Positions 43,481-51,920 of a stretch of 51,920 nt of DNA are shown piece by piece. The DNA lies in assembly GCA_017455645.1 (NCBI GenBank), contig JAFSZS010000008.1:1-51920 (forward strand), given 5' to 3'. Under the pieces are notes generated by a model. The model made no database searches, was not told the origin of the DNA, and saw only the letters and a list, made by a program, of their open reading frames with translations. Within the stretch, counting starts at the first letter, position 1. Each line of letters opens with the position of its first letter. The translations under genes and the position numbers were made by a program. The DNA is from Selenomonadaceae bacterium. GTDB lineage: Bacteria; Bacillota; Negativicutes; Selenomonadales; Selenomonadaceae.

Positions 43481-45031
43481 TTATTGCACTGCCGCCAAAT
43501 AAAATTCTTCCAACTCTTGAACATATTCTTTGGCGTTCATTAATGGGGAATTTTTCATACTGTCGCGCAGATTTTTTCGCAGGATTTTTATCAATTCTTT
43601 ATCGTCGGCAAGTTCCATCGCTCTTTGAATATATTCCTCAAAATTTGACGCGGCGAACTTTTCAAGCCCGATATTTTTTAAAATGCTGTAACCGAATCTT
43701 GTACCGTGTCTTTCGCCGTACAGTGAAATAACCGGCACGCCCATAAATAACGCCTCGCAAGTTGTCAAGCCGCCGTTGTAGGGAAAAGTATCAAGCGCAA
43801 TGTCAATTTCGTTGTACTGCTCCAGATAATCTGCGGAAAAGCCGCGCATTTCCACGCGGGCAATATCAATTTCAAGATTTTTCAGGCGTTCAATGACAAA
43901 ATTTTTACATTCGGCGGTATCAAAAATTTTATGCTTGAGAATTAATTTGCTGTTTGGCACGGCGTCCAGAATTTTTTTCCACGCCCTCAACATTGAATCA
44001 GTAATTTTGCTGAAATTGTTAAAGCAGCCGAAAGTTATAAAATCGTTTGAAGTGCACGGCGCAATTTTGGGCGCGGGCATTTTTTTTATTGGAGTGTAAC
44101 AAAAGTGGCTGTGCGTCATGCAGACCATATTTTCAGAAAAATAATTTTGCATTGCGGAAAAATTTTCGGCGCAGATTTCGTCAGACAAAAAATAATCGAC
44201 GCAATTTAAGCCGGTGCTGTTCATAAAACCAATACCGGAAATTTGAACATTTGCCGGACGATAAGCCATAATCGGCAGGCGATTGCCGTTGGTATGTCCC
44301 GACAAATCAAAAAGAATGTCAATTTCATCTGCGCGAATAAGTTTGGCGGCGTCAAAGTCGCTTAAATCCGAAATATCCCGCCAAATTTTTGCTGAATTTT
44401 TAATTTGCTCGGTTACGGCGTCAAAATTTTTTCCCGCGCTGTAACAGTAAATATCGAAAAGATTTTTATTGGCGTTGACAATTAATGAACGGGCAAAAGA
44501 CATTACGGGGTGTTCTTTGAAATCTGCAGACAAATAACCAACGCGCAATTTTTTATGATTGTAAGAAATTTTTTCATAGGGCTGAATGTCGGCAAGATTT
44601 TTTCTGTATTCGGCGTAAAGATTTTGGAACTCTTCCGCGGTAAAGTCTTCAACATCGCTTGCCGCAAAAATTGCGTTTGAAATTTCGGTACAAATTGCAG
44701 TTGGATTTTTTTCAAGTCGCGCAGAATTTAAAAAGCAATTAACGGCCGCCTTAGATTGTCCCAAATTTCGCAGGGCGGAGCCAAGGACACTGTAAGCATC
44801 AGCCGTCAAAAATCTTTCCTGCGCAATGTCAATCACTTCAAAAAATTTTTTCAGCAAGTTAATTTCTGACAGATACAATTTTTGGTCACGGCGAATGTAC
44901 GCTTCAAGCAAAATTGCCTTTGCCCAATTCGGCACGATTTTTTTAAATTCTTCCAAAATTTCTAAGGCTTTTTCGTAATTTTTATTTCTGTATTCGGCAA
45001 GAGCCGCCGCGTAAATTTCCAGCACTTCCAA
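43481..45031 (-). CDS. TPR-repeat protein fused to a GT41 (O-GlcNAc-transferase/SPY-like) glycosyltransferase domain
   Basis: 516 aa. The N-terminus carries TPR-like repeats. The motif RVGYLSADFKEHPV is typical of GT41 catalytic domains. Confidence 0.65.
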   Translation of the reverse strand: MEVLEIYAAALAEYRNKNYEKALEILEEFKKIVPNWAKAILLEAYIRRDQKLYLSEINLLKKFFEVIDIAQERFLTADAYSVLGSALRNLGQSKAAVNCFLNSARLEKNPTAICTEISNAIFAASDVEDFTAEEFQNLYAEYRKNLADIQPYEKISYNHKKLRVGYLSADFKEHPVMSFARSLIVNANKNLFDIYCYSAGKNFDAVTEQIKNSAKIWRDISDLSDFDAAKLIRADEIDILFDLSGHTNGNRLPIMAYRPANVQISGIGFMNSTGLNCVDYFLSDEICAENFSAMQNYFSENMVCMTHSHFCYTPIKKMPAPKIAPCTSNDFITFGCFNNFSKITDSMLRAWKKILDAVPNSKLILKHKIFDTAECKNFVIERLKNLEIDIARVEMRGFSADYLEQYNEIDIALDTFPYNGGLTTCEALFMGVPVISLYGERHGTRFGYSILKNIGLEKFAASNFEEYIQRAMELADDKELIKILRKNLRDSMKNSPLMNAKEYVQELEEFYLAAVQ

Positions 45032-45043
45032 ATTAAAATCCCC

Positions 45044-46153
45044 TTACAATAAAAAATCTGCCAAAATAATATTCCCCAACTTCATACCGCGCGGCGTCAA
45101 AAAAATTCGCCCGTCAGAAAAATTCAGCAATTCCAATTTTAAATATTTGTCGATAACCGCGCCGTAAACTTCAAAAATATTTCTGCCAAATTTTTTAGAA
45201 AAAGTTTCAACGCTTAAACCTTTGGCAGTTCGTAAACCCAAAAAACAAAATTCTTCCATTGCCGCGTTTGGTGAAATAATTTCCTCAACCAAGGAAACAC
45301 TTTCGCCGGCGCGGATTTTTTTTATATAAGTTGCAACGTCACGAATATTTGAAGTACGAATTTTGCCGTTGTAAGAATGTGCGCCCGCGCCGAATCCCAA
45401 ATATTTTGCGCCCGTCCAGTAGCCGAGATTGTGCCGACTCTCAAAATTTTTCTTTGCAAAGTTGGAAATTTCGTAGCGTTGAAAACCTGCGCGAGGTAAA
45501 TTTTCTGTAATGTAATCGTACATTTTTTCGTCGTCAGGCAAAATTAATTTTCCGGCGGCGTAAAGTTTGCCAAAATTTGTACCCTCTTCAATTTCCAAGC
45601 CGTAAATCGAAATGTGCTGAATATCCTGCGCGACGGCAATTTCAACGGCTCTTTGAACGTCAGAAAGTTTTTGGCTCGGCAAGCCGTACATTAAATCAAT
45701 ACTGATATTGTCAAAAAATTTTTTCGCATTTTGAATTGTTTCAAGCGCGGTTTTTGAATCGTGAATCCTGCCCAAAATTTTTAAAATTTCGTCGTTGAAA
45801 CTTTGCACGCCCAAACTTAGGCGATTAAATCCCAATTCGCGCAGATTTTTTAAATAATTTTCGTCAACAGTGCCGGGATTTGCTTCAATGGTAATTTCTG
45901 CCGCGCTGTCAATTTTTAAGTTGGAAATAATTTTTTCAAGCTGCGAAATTTTTAAAATAGTTGGCGTCCCGCCTCCAAAATACAGGGATATAGGGGAATA
46001 GGGATATAGGGAATAGGGAATATTTTTTATTTCGGTTATCAGTGCGTCAACGTAAGCAGAAATTTCTTCTTCGTTTGAAACTTTGGAATTGAAGGCGCAG
46101 TAGTTGCATTTTTTGGCGCAAAATGGAATGTGAACGTAAATTGAATCAATCAT
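45044..46153 (-). CDS. hemW: Radical SAM heme chaperone HemW (HemN-like)
   Basis: 369 aa. It has the radical SAM motif YVHIPFCAKKCNYCAF, the LYFGGGTP motif and a HemN_C-type C-terminus. Confidence 0.85.
   Translation of the reverse strand: MIDSIYVHIPFCAKKCNYCAFNSKVSNEEEISAYVDALITEIKNIPYSLYPYSPISLYFGGGTPTILKISQLEKIISNLKIDSAAEITIEANPGTVDENYLKNLRELGFNRLSLGVQSFNDEILKILGRIHDSKTALETIQNAKKFFDNISIDLMYGLPSQKLSDVQRAVEIAVAQDIQHISIYGLEIEEGTNFGKLYAAGKLILPDDEKMYDYITENLPRAGFQRYEISNFAKKNFESRHNLGYWTGAKYLGFGAGAHSYNGKIRTSNIRDVATYIKKIRAGESVSLVEEIISPNAAMEEFCFLGLRTAKGLSVETFSKKFGRNIFEVYGAVIDKYLKLELLNFSDGRIFLTPRGMKLGNIILADFLL
45985..46018. repeat. GGGATATA-family repeat copy inside the hemW coding sequence (G-rich on the template strand)
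   Basis: GGGATATAGGGGAATAGGGATATAGGGAATAGGG has five G runs. On the hemW sense strand it encodes PYSLYPYSPIS, immediately before LYFGGGTP. Confidence 0.85.
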
Positions 46154-47876
46154 TTTTTTTCACCGGTACAAAAATGTAGCCGTGATTAATTTTGCCATTA
46201 TAATCATTATCTTGAAAATCATATTCAAATACCGCACGGTAGTTTTCCGTGTCATTTTTTAACATAAGAAAAAGTATCAAGTCAATTCTGGTTACAAAAA
46301 TATGAGTGAAATTGTAGCGTGACATAAATTCCTTGTAGTCAAGCTTGCCCGATTTTAGTTGGTAATATTCCTTAAAAATATCTTTTTTATGATTGTTTGC
46401 AGGTATAAAAACTTCGGCACGCGGGTCTAAGTAAGTTTTAATTCCACGAAATTCAAAGTAGCCGCCGCTATTGTAGCCTGTCCAAAGAACAATATCTTCG
46501 GCGCGGTAATTTTCCAATAAAAAATCTGCCGCCGGTTTATATTGCTCGTCGTCTCGCGGCGTGAAATTGAAATATATCACTGAAGAAAAAATTGACGCTT
46601 GCAAGACAACCAAAGCGATTAACGGCTTCCTGCGTAAAACAGGAATTTCTTCACTAAATAATTTACCCTCTCGCCGATAAAAAAAAGTAAAGCATATCAA
46701 AAAAAATATCGAAGCCAAAATTACAAATTTTATTGGGAAGTGCATTTCAAAAAAATTATTTTCCGGATTTGAAAAGATTAAATAAAATTCCGGTATGCAA
46801 ATTAAAAACAGCGGCAAAAATAATTTGTGCCGAATGTTAAAAAATTTGTCGAATGGATGACAATCTTTGGCAGCGTATGCAAGCGGGAATGTTCCCAAAA
46901 CAAAAAACAAATATATCACTCTGTTTACGTGCAAGGCTAAAACCATAAAACCGAAAGTCAGAAAAAAATATCGTACCGGCAAATTTTTTTTTGAGTATGC
47001 AACTATCAGCACTGAAGAATAAATCAAAAAGAATATACACCAAATATCACCTGCAGAAATGGGTAACATTTCAGCTACAACATTAGATATATTTGAGTCA
47101 ATGGAATTGAAAAGATAAATCATAGCCCCCCAACCGTAAGGATTAAAAAAGCCGACCAAAAAAATTCCAATTCCCGTAAAAAATAACGGCGCAAACGATA
47201 TTTCAAATTCTCGCGCAGGTTTTATTTTTTGGTACAAACTTTCAGCTATAAAGGGCAGCAAAACAACTGTCATCATTGGCCATAGCGCGGAGTGCATATT
47301 GACAAAAATAATTGACAGAAGCGGCAAAGTGCAAAGCCGCCAAATTTTTTTGTCGTGCACGTACTTTTCAAGCAAAAAAATTTCTGTCAGCAAAATAAAA
47401 GTCGAAAATAACTGCGGGCGAGTGGTAATAAAATGCAGAGAGAGCATCATACTCAATATCAACGCCATTATCGCCGAAATTTTTTTATTGCCGTTGCTGA
47501 CAAAAAGACATAGCCTGAAGTAAACATAAACCATAATGAAGCCTACAGCCCAAGCAAAAATTATCAAGGCGTCTTCGCCCAAAGTGCTGTAAATTTTCCA
47601 AAAAATAATCGCCGTCAACCATTGGTCCATAACATAGTCCAAGCCTTCGTGAATGGTGGCAAATTCTGTATGTGGAAATGTGCCCGTTTCAAGCACGTAT
47701 CGCCCGCAATTCAAAAGAAACCAAGTATCGTTGTTGAGAAACCAAGTTTTTAAAATTGTCATTCCGCAGGCAAGCATTATAATCAAGCCGCTGTAACCGA
47801 GTTTACCAATTTTGTCTGTCAAGAAAAATACCCCTTTAAATCGTTCCAGAATCGCCGCAGACGCACGCTTGAGCAC
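46146..47876 (-). CDS. Large polytopic membrane protein of unknown function (possibly glycosyltransferase-C-like)
   Basis: 576 aa with about 12 or more hydrophobic segments and a soluble C-terminal ~130 aa. Its stop overlaps the hemW start by 8 nt. No motif I can name. Confidence 0.55.
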   Translation of the reverse strand: MLKRASAAILERFKGVFFLTDKIGKLGYSGLIIMLACGMTILKTWFLNNDTWFLLNCGRYVLETGTFPHTEFATIHEGLDYVMDQWLTAIIFWKIYSTLGEDALIIFAWAVGFIMVYVYFRLCLFVSNGNKKISAIMALILSMMLSLHFITTRPQLFSTFILLTEIFLLEKYVHDKKIWRLCTLPLLSIIFVNMHSALWPMMTVVLLPFIAESLYQKIKPAREFEISFAPLFFTGIGIFLVGFFNPYGWGAMIYLFNSIDSNISNVVAEMLPISAGDIWCIFFLIYSSVLIVAYSKKNLPVRYFFLTFGFMVLALHVNRVIYLFFVLGTFPLAYAAKDCHPFDKFFNIRHKLFLPLFLICIPEFYLIFSNPENNFFEMHFPIKFVILASIFFLICFTFFYRREGKLFSEEIPVLRRKPLIALVVLQASIFSSVIYFNFTPRDDEQYKPAADFLLENYRAEDIVLWTGYNSGGYFEFRGIKTYLDPRAEVFIPANNHKKDIFKEYYQLKSGKLDYKEFMSRYNFTHIFVTRIDLILFLMLKNDTENYRAVFEYDFQDNDYNGKINHGYIFVPVKKND

Positions 47877-47949
47877 TTCAGATACATTTACCTATACTCA
47901 AAAATAAAAACGCGCTACGGGCGTTACAGCGCGTCTACAGCCATATCAA

Positions 47950-49748
47950 TTAAACTTCGTCATTGACTGTCAAAACTGCCATAAAAGCTTCCTGCGGCAA
48001 TTCGACACTTCCAACGGCTTTCATACGTTTTTTGCCTTCCTTTTGCTTTTCAAGGAGTTTTCTTTTTCTTGAAACGTCGCCGCCGTAACATTTCGCCAAA
48101 ACATCTTTTCGCCGCGCCTTGACAGTTTCACGCGCAATTATCCGCCCGCCAATCGCCGCCTGTACAGGAATATCAAAAAGTTGTTCGGGGATAATTCTTT
48201 TCAGTTTCAAAGCCAAAGTGCGCCCGACTTTCGCCGCGCGGGTACGGTGAACAATGGAGCTTAAAGCGTCAACCAAATCGCCGTTCAGTAAAATATCCAG
48301 CTTAACTAAATCTGATTCAGAATAACTTGACGGTTCATAGTCTAAACTTGCATAGCCGCGCGTCATTGATTTTAACTTGTCGAAAAAGTCATAAATAATT
48401 TCGTTCAGCGGTATTTCGTAAGTAAGCAAAACGCGCGTCTTGTCGATATAATCCATACTTTTATAAATCCCGCGCTTTTCCCGGCAAAGTTCCATAACCG
48501 CGCCAATATAATCACTCGGTACAATGACTGTTGCTTTTACAATCGGTTCTTCGATAGATTTAATTTCTGTAATTGGCGGCAAGGCGGCGGGATTATCAAT
48601 CGTCAAAATTTCGCCGTTGGTTTTGTTGACGCGGTAGACAACTGAAGGCGCGGTTGTAACAAGTTTTAAATTATATTCACGTTCAAGGCGTTCCTGTACA
48701 ACGTCCATATGTAAAAGCCCCAAAAATCCGCAACGAAAACCGAATCCCAACGCGGCTGAAGTTTCCGGCTCGTAGACAAGCGCGGCGTCATTCAGTTGTA
48801 ATTTTTCCAACGCCTCTTTTAAATTGTCGTAGTCAACACTTTCAGTAGGGTACAAGCCGCAAAAAACCATAGGAACCGGCGCGCGGTAACCTTCCAACGC
48901 TCGCGCAGGTTTTTCTGAAGTTGTGATTGTATCGCCGACTCGAACGTCGCGCACGTCTTTTAAACTGCCGCAAATGTAGCCTACTTCGCCCGCGCTTAAT
49001 TCTGCAACTTCATTCATCGACGGCGTAAAAATTCCAATTTCGGTACAGTCAAATTCTTTACCCGTTGCAATGAGTTTCAGCTTATCGCCCTTTTTAATTT
49101 TGCCGTTCATCAAGCGCACGTGAGCAACCGCGCCTTTGTAGCTGTCAAAATAAGAATCAAAAATCAAAGCCTGCAAAGATTTATTTTCGTCCCCTTCAGG
49201 CGGGGGAATTTTTTTACAATCGCCTCTAAAATATTTTCGACGCCCGCGCCGGTTTTCGCACTGCAAGCAACCGCGTCTGAAGCGTCAAGCCCTATTGCCT
49301 CTTCAATTTCAGTTTTGGCGCGTTCAATATCTGCGCTCGGCAAGTCAATTTTATTTATTACGGGAATAATTTCCAAATCGTGATCCAGTGCAAGATAAAC
49401 ATTTGAAAGAGTTTGCGCCTCGACGCCTTGAGTTGCATCAACTACCAACAGCGCGCCTTCACAAGCTGCCAAACTGCGCGAAACTTCATAAGTAAAATCG
49501 ACGTGCCCGGGTGTGTCAATCAAATTTAAAATATATTCGTTGCCGTCCTGCGCGACGTATTTTAAGCGTACAGTTTGCGCCTTGATAGTAATTCCGCGCT
49601 CGCGTTCCAATTCCATATTATCCAAAAGTTGCTCCGACATATCCCGCTTTTCAACCGTGCCCGTCATTTCAATAAGTCTGTCAGCCAAAGTTGATTTGCC
49701 GTGATCTATGTGCGCTATGATTGAAAAATTTCTGATTCTGTCACTCAA
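47950..49748 (-). pseudogene. lepA: Elongation factor 4 (LepA) interrupted by a 1-nt frameshift in an A7 run
   Basis: Two overlapping ORFs (49164..49832 and 47950..49266) together give a full LepA. The TTG start at 49748 (AAGGAAG upstream) gives [20 protein letters not shown]. The frames switch at 49209-49215. An eighth A would restore ...[26 protein letters not shown]... Confidence 0.85.
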
Positions 49749-49815
49749 AAAAATCTTCCTTTCAAAAAGTAATTGGTTTAGAATTATAACATAATCATTT
49801 TGGAGGGTAAACAAA

Positions 49816-50970
49816 TTGAAAGATACAAGCACTTTAAAATATTTATTGGCGTTCGGACATACTTGCTCGGATATAAATCAGGGCGCGTTGGCGGCGGTAC
49901 TGCCGTTTTTAATTGCGGCGTACCATTTCGATTATCAAACAGCGGCAACTTTAGTTTTGGTTGCAAATGTTGTAGGCTCGGTAATTCAGCCGCTTTTTGG
50001 AAATTTGGCGGACAAATATAACAAGCCGTATTTAATCGCAGTAGGATTAGTTTTGGCGGGCGGCGGAATGGCTTTAACCGGATTCATTGAAAATTTTTAC
50101 GGCTTATGTTTTGCGGTAATGATTAGCGGCGTTGGTATCGCAATGTTTCACCCGCAAGCCGCGCAGTTAATAAATCGTGCTTCAACTGACAATGACAGGG
50201 CGCAAAGTATCGGCGTATTTTCATTCGGCGGAAATTTGGGCTTTTCGCTCGGTCCAATTTTAACGACGGCTTCAATTACGATTTTTGGTTTGGCGGGCAC
50301 GCTGATTTTTATTGTACCGGAAATTATTATTTGTATTCTGCTGAAAAAATATTATAATGACTTGAAAAATTTAAACCGCCCAAAAATTTCAAAAGTTGGA
50401 AGTAAAGGCGCGGGAGTCGATAATTGGAGCGCGTTTACCAGATTAACGGCGGTTGTAATTGGGCGTTCGATAATTTTTCACGGGTTCAATACTTTTTTGG
50501 CGTTGTACTGGATTCACGAACTCGGACAAACTGAAACAATCGGCAATACGATTTTGAGCGCGTATTATGCAATTAGCGCAATTTGCGTTTTGATTGGCGG
50601 GAAATTAGCTGACAGTTTCGGTTATCGCACAATGATTAAAATTAGTTTTGCAATGTTGCTTGTAACGATAATTGCGCTGGCAAGTTCAGACAGTTTATTA
50701 ATTTCGACAATTTTAATTTTGCCGTTGGGCGCGGCGATAAGTTTTACATACAGTCCAATGGTAGTTTTGGGACAACTTTACCTGCCAAACAGAGTAGGCT
50801 TGGCTTCCGGCGTAACTTTAGGCTTGGCAATTAGTATGGGCGGAATTTTTGCGCCAATTTTGGGAGCGGTTGCAGATAATTTCGGCTTGCTTATGACAAT
50901 TTATGTAATTGCTGGAATTGCAATTTTGCCGCTTGCAGTTGCGTTTACTTTGCCGCCTGTGAAGAAATAA
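49816..50970 (+). CDS. MFS transporter
   Basis: 384 aa with about 11-12 TM helices. The TTG start at 49816 lies 8 nt after GGAGGG. It is transcribed divergently from lepA. Confidence 0.8.
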   Translation: MKDTSTLKYLLAFGHTCSDINQGALAAVLPFLIAAYHFDYQTAATLVLVANVVGSVIQPLFGNLADKYNKPYLIAVGLVLAGGGMALTGFIENFYGLCFAVMISGVGIAMFHPQAAQLINRASTDNDRAQSIGVFSFGGNLGFSLGPILTTASITIFGLAGTLIFIVPEIIICILLKKYYNDLKNLNRPKISKVGSKGAGVDNWSAFTRLTAVVIGRSIIFHGFNTFLALYWIHELGQTETIGNTILSAYYAISAICVLIGGKLADSFGYRTMIKISFAMLLVTIIALASSDSLLISTILILPLGAAISFTYSPMVVLGQLYLPNRVGLASGVTLGLAISMGGIFAPILGAVADNFGLLMTIYVIAGIAILPLAVAFTLPPVKK

Positions 50971-51012
50971 AAAAAAATGCCATTGGAAGATTAGGAAGAT
51001 TAAATTTAAAAA

Positions 51013-51432
51013 TTAAATATTTAAGCCGTTTAATAAATCTTTTAACGCTCTAAGTTTAGGTTTCAATACCTCGTCATTTTTAGCTAAATATTCGCGCAGT
51101 TCCTCCATATAGTCCACATAATGATATTCTTCGCAGGGCTGAATACGCGGCTCCAAATGCGGCGCGTGGTTTTTAGTTGGATCGTCGTAATAAAGTGATA
51201 CTATAAGCGCGGCTAAATCTATTACTCTGTGCAATGGGAGCTCTTCGCTTTGACGACTCCATTTTTCGCCGGTATGACGCCAAATTTTTGCAGAAATTTC
51301 ATTGCGATTGTATTGAGCGTACCCAATCGAAAGTGCTTTAGCATCTGAATTGTTGGCGTAAATACCGTCAACTTTGTCATAATCGTCAACACCAATAATT
51401 GGCTTGTGTTGCAAGTAGCTTGGAAACCTCAT
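51013..51432 (-). CDS. Hypothetical protein (139 aa)
   Basis: A clean ORF with GGAGG upstream of the ATG. No motif recognised. Confidence 0.45.
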   Translation of the reverse strand: MRFPSYLQHKPIIGVDDYDKVDGIYANNSDAKALSIGYAQYNRNEISAKIWRHTGEKWSRQSEELPLHRVIDLAALIVSLYYDDPTKNHAPHLEPRIQPCEEYHYVDYMEELREYLAKNDEVLKPKLRALKDLLNGLNI

Positions 51433-51540
51433 AATTAAAAACCTCCAGTAAAAAAATTAGTATATCTTTTAGTAAAAATTTTACTAATCTTTTTTAAATC
51501 TGTCAATATAAACTTTTTAAAATATTAACGAGGTGATTTT

Positions 51541-51920
51541 ATGGAAAATAAAATTGAAAATCTTGAAACGGCTGAAGAAATTTTTGAAAAGCCGCGAATT
51601 ATAATTGTAACGGGAATGAGCGGGAGCGGCAAAACTCAAGCTTGCAGATGTTTGGAAGACTTGGGCTATTTTTGCGTCGATAATCTGCCGCCGGTTTTTA
51701 TTCCAAAATTTGTAGAATTGTGTTCGCACGCCTCCAGCCACGTCAATAAAGTTGTTTTTGTTGTCGATACGCGCAGCAGAGAATTTTTTGATAACCTTAT
51801 ACAAATTCTTGAGGATATGGACAAAAAAAATCTTGACTACGAAATGCTTTTTATTGACGCCTCGGACGACGCAATTATTAGACGCTACAAAGAAACGCGC
51901 CGCCGCCACCCTATGGCTCC
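51541..51920 (+). CDS. rapZ: RNase adapter protein RapZ (YvcJ), 5' partial that runs off the window
   Basis: This ORF is not in the supplied track because there is no stop before the window end. My own translation from ATG 51541 (GAGGTG upstream) reads MENKIENLETAEEIFEKPRIIIVTGMSGSGKTQACRCLEDLGYFCVDNLPP...RRYKETRRRHP. That is the P-loop and conserved RapZ N-domain. Confidence 0.85.
   Translation, partial: MENKIENLETAEEIFEKPRIIIVTGMSGSGKTQACRCLEDLGYFCVDNLPPVFIPKFVELCSHASSHVNKVVFVVDTRSREFFDNLIQILEDMDKKNLDYEMLFIDASDDAIIRRYKETRRRHPMA

Noticed and set aside
51517-51909. 130-aa minus-strand ORF from the supplied track.
   Set aside because: It is the antisense shadow of a clear plus-strand rapZ 5' fragment (P-loop GMSGSGKT, conserved RapZ N-domain). 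That fragment is missing from the track only because it runs off the window.

Overview
This 51.9-kb window is a chromosomal segment from a low-GC, probably anaerobic bacterium. The gene content looks Firmicutes-like (rex, rapZ, lepA-hemW, tmcAL, comFC, cheV). An O-antigen-ligase/VirK pair hints at a diderm lineage such as Negativicutes, but taxonomy cannot be fixed from this window. I support about 50 protein genes, one tRNA-Arg(CCT), and several repeats and terminators. I see no rRNA, CRISPR array, integrase or transposase. Most genes are housekeeping or metabolic: a PMI-ROK fusion, comFC, hypA, a UbiA prenyltransferase, bioY, cheV, tmcAL, a 1397-aa acyl-CoA-dehydratase-activase-like protein, rpe, ilvBN, rex, an M23 peptidase, hemW, lepA, rapZ and two MFS transporters. 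The stand-out is a tightly packed ~10.6-kb plus-strand operon of nine genes (21186-31757). It holds four mutually divergent, lidless Hsp70/DnaK-like ATPases, each followed by a non-Hsp70 partner gene: 205 aa, a 261-aa coiled-coil with a GrpE-like tail, a 455-aa helical orphan, and a 303-aa classical AAA+ ATPase. A small YkgJ-type Cys-cluster protein closes the operon. The first Hsp70 carries a PhoH/YlaK-like PIN nuclease domain inserted into its ATPase domain. No J-domain protein or hrcA is present. I do not recognise this as a named chaperone operon or defence system, and I flag it as the candidate novel system. Other notable observations are listed here. (1) A dispersed (GGGATATA)n / TAGGGAAT repeat family with G-quadruplex potential forms long G-arm/C-arm hairpins at gene ends and supplies stop codons and C-terminal residues. 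(2) An 89-bp tandem array re-copies the 3' end of a small gene 5.5 times. (3) The tmcAL 5' end carries a diverged 190-bp tandem duplication. (4) lepA has a 1-nt frameshift in an A7 run. (5) Rpe ends in a native His7 tail.
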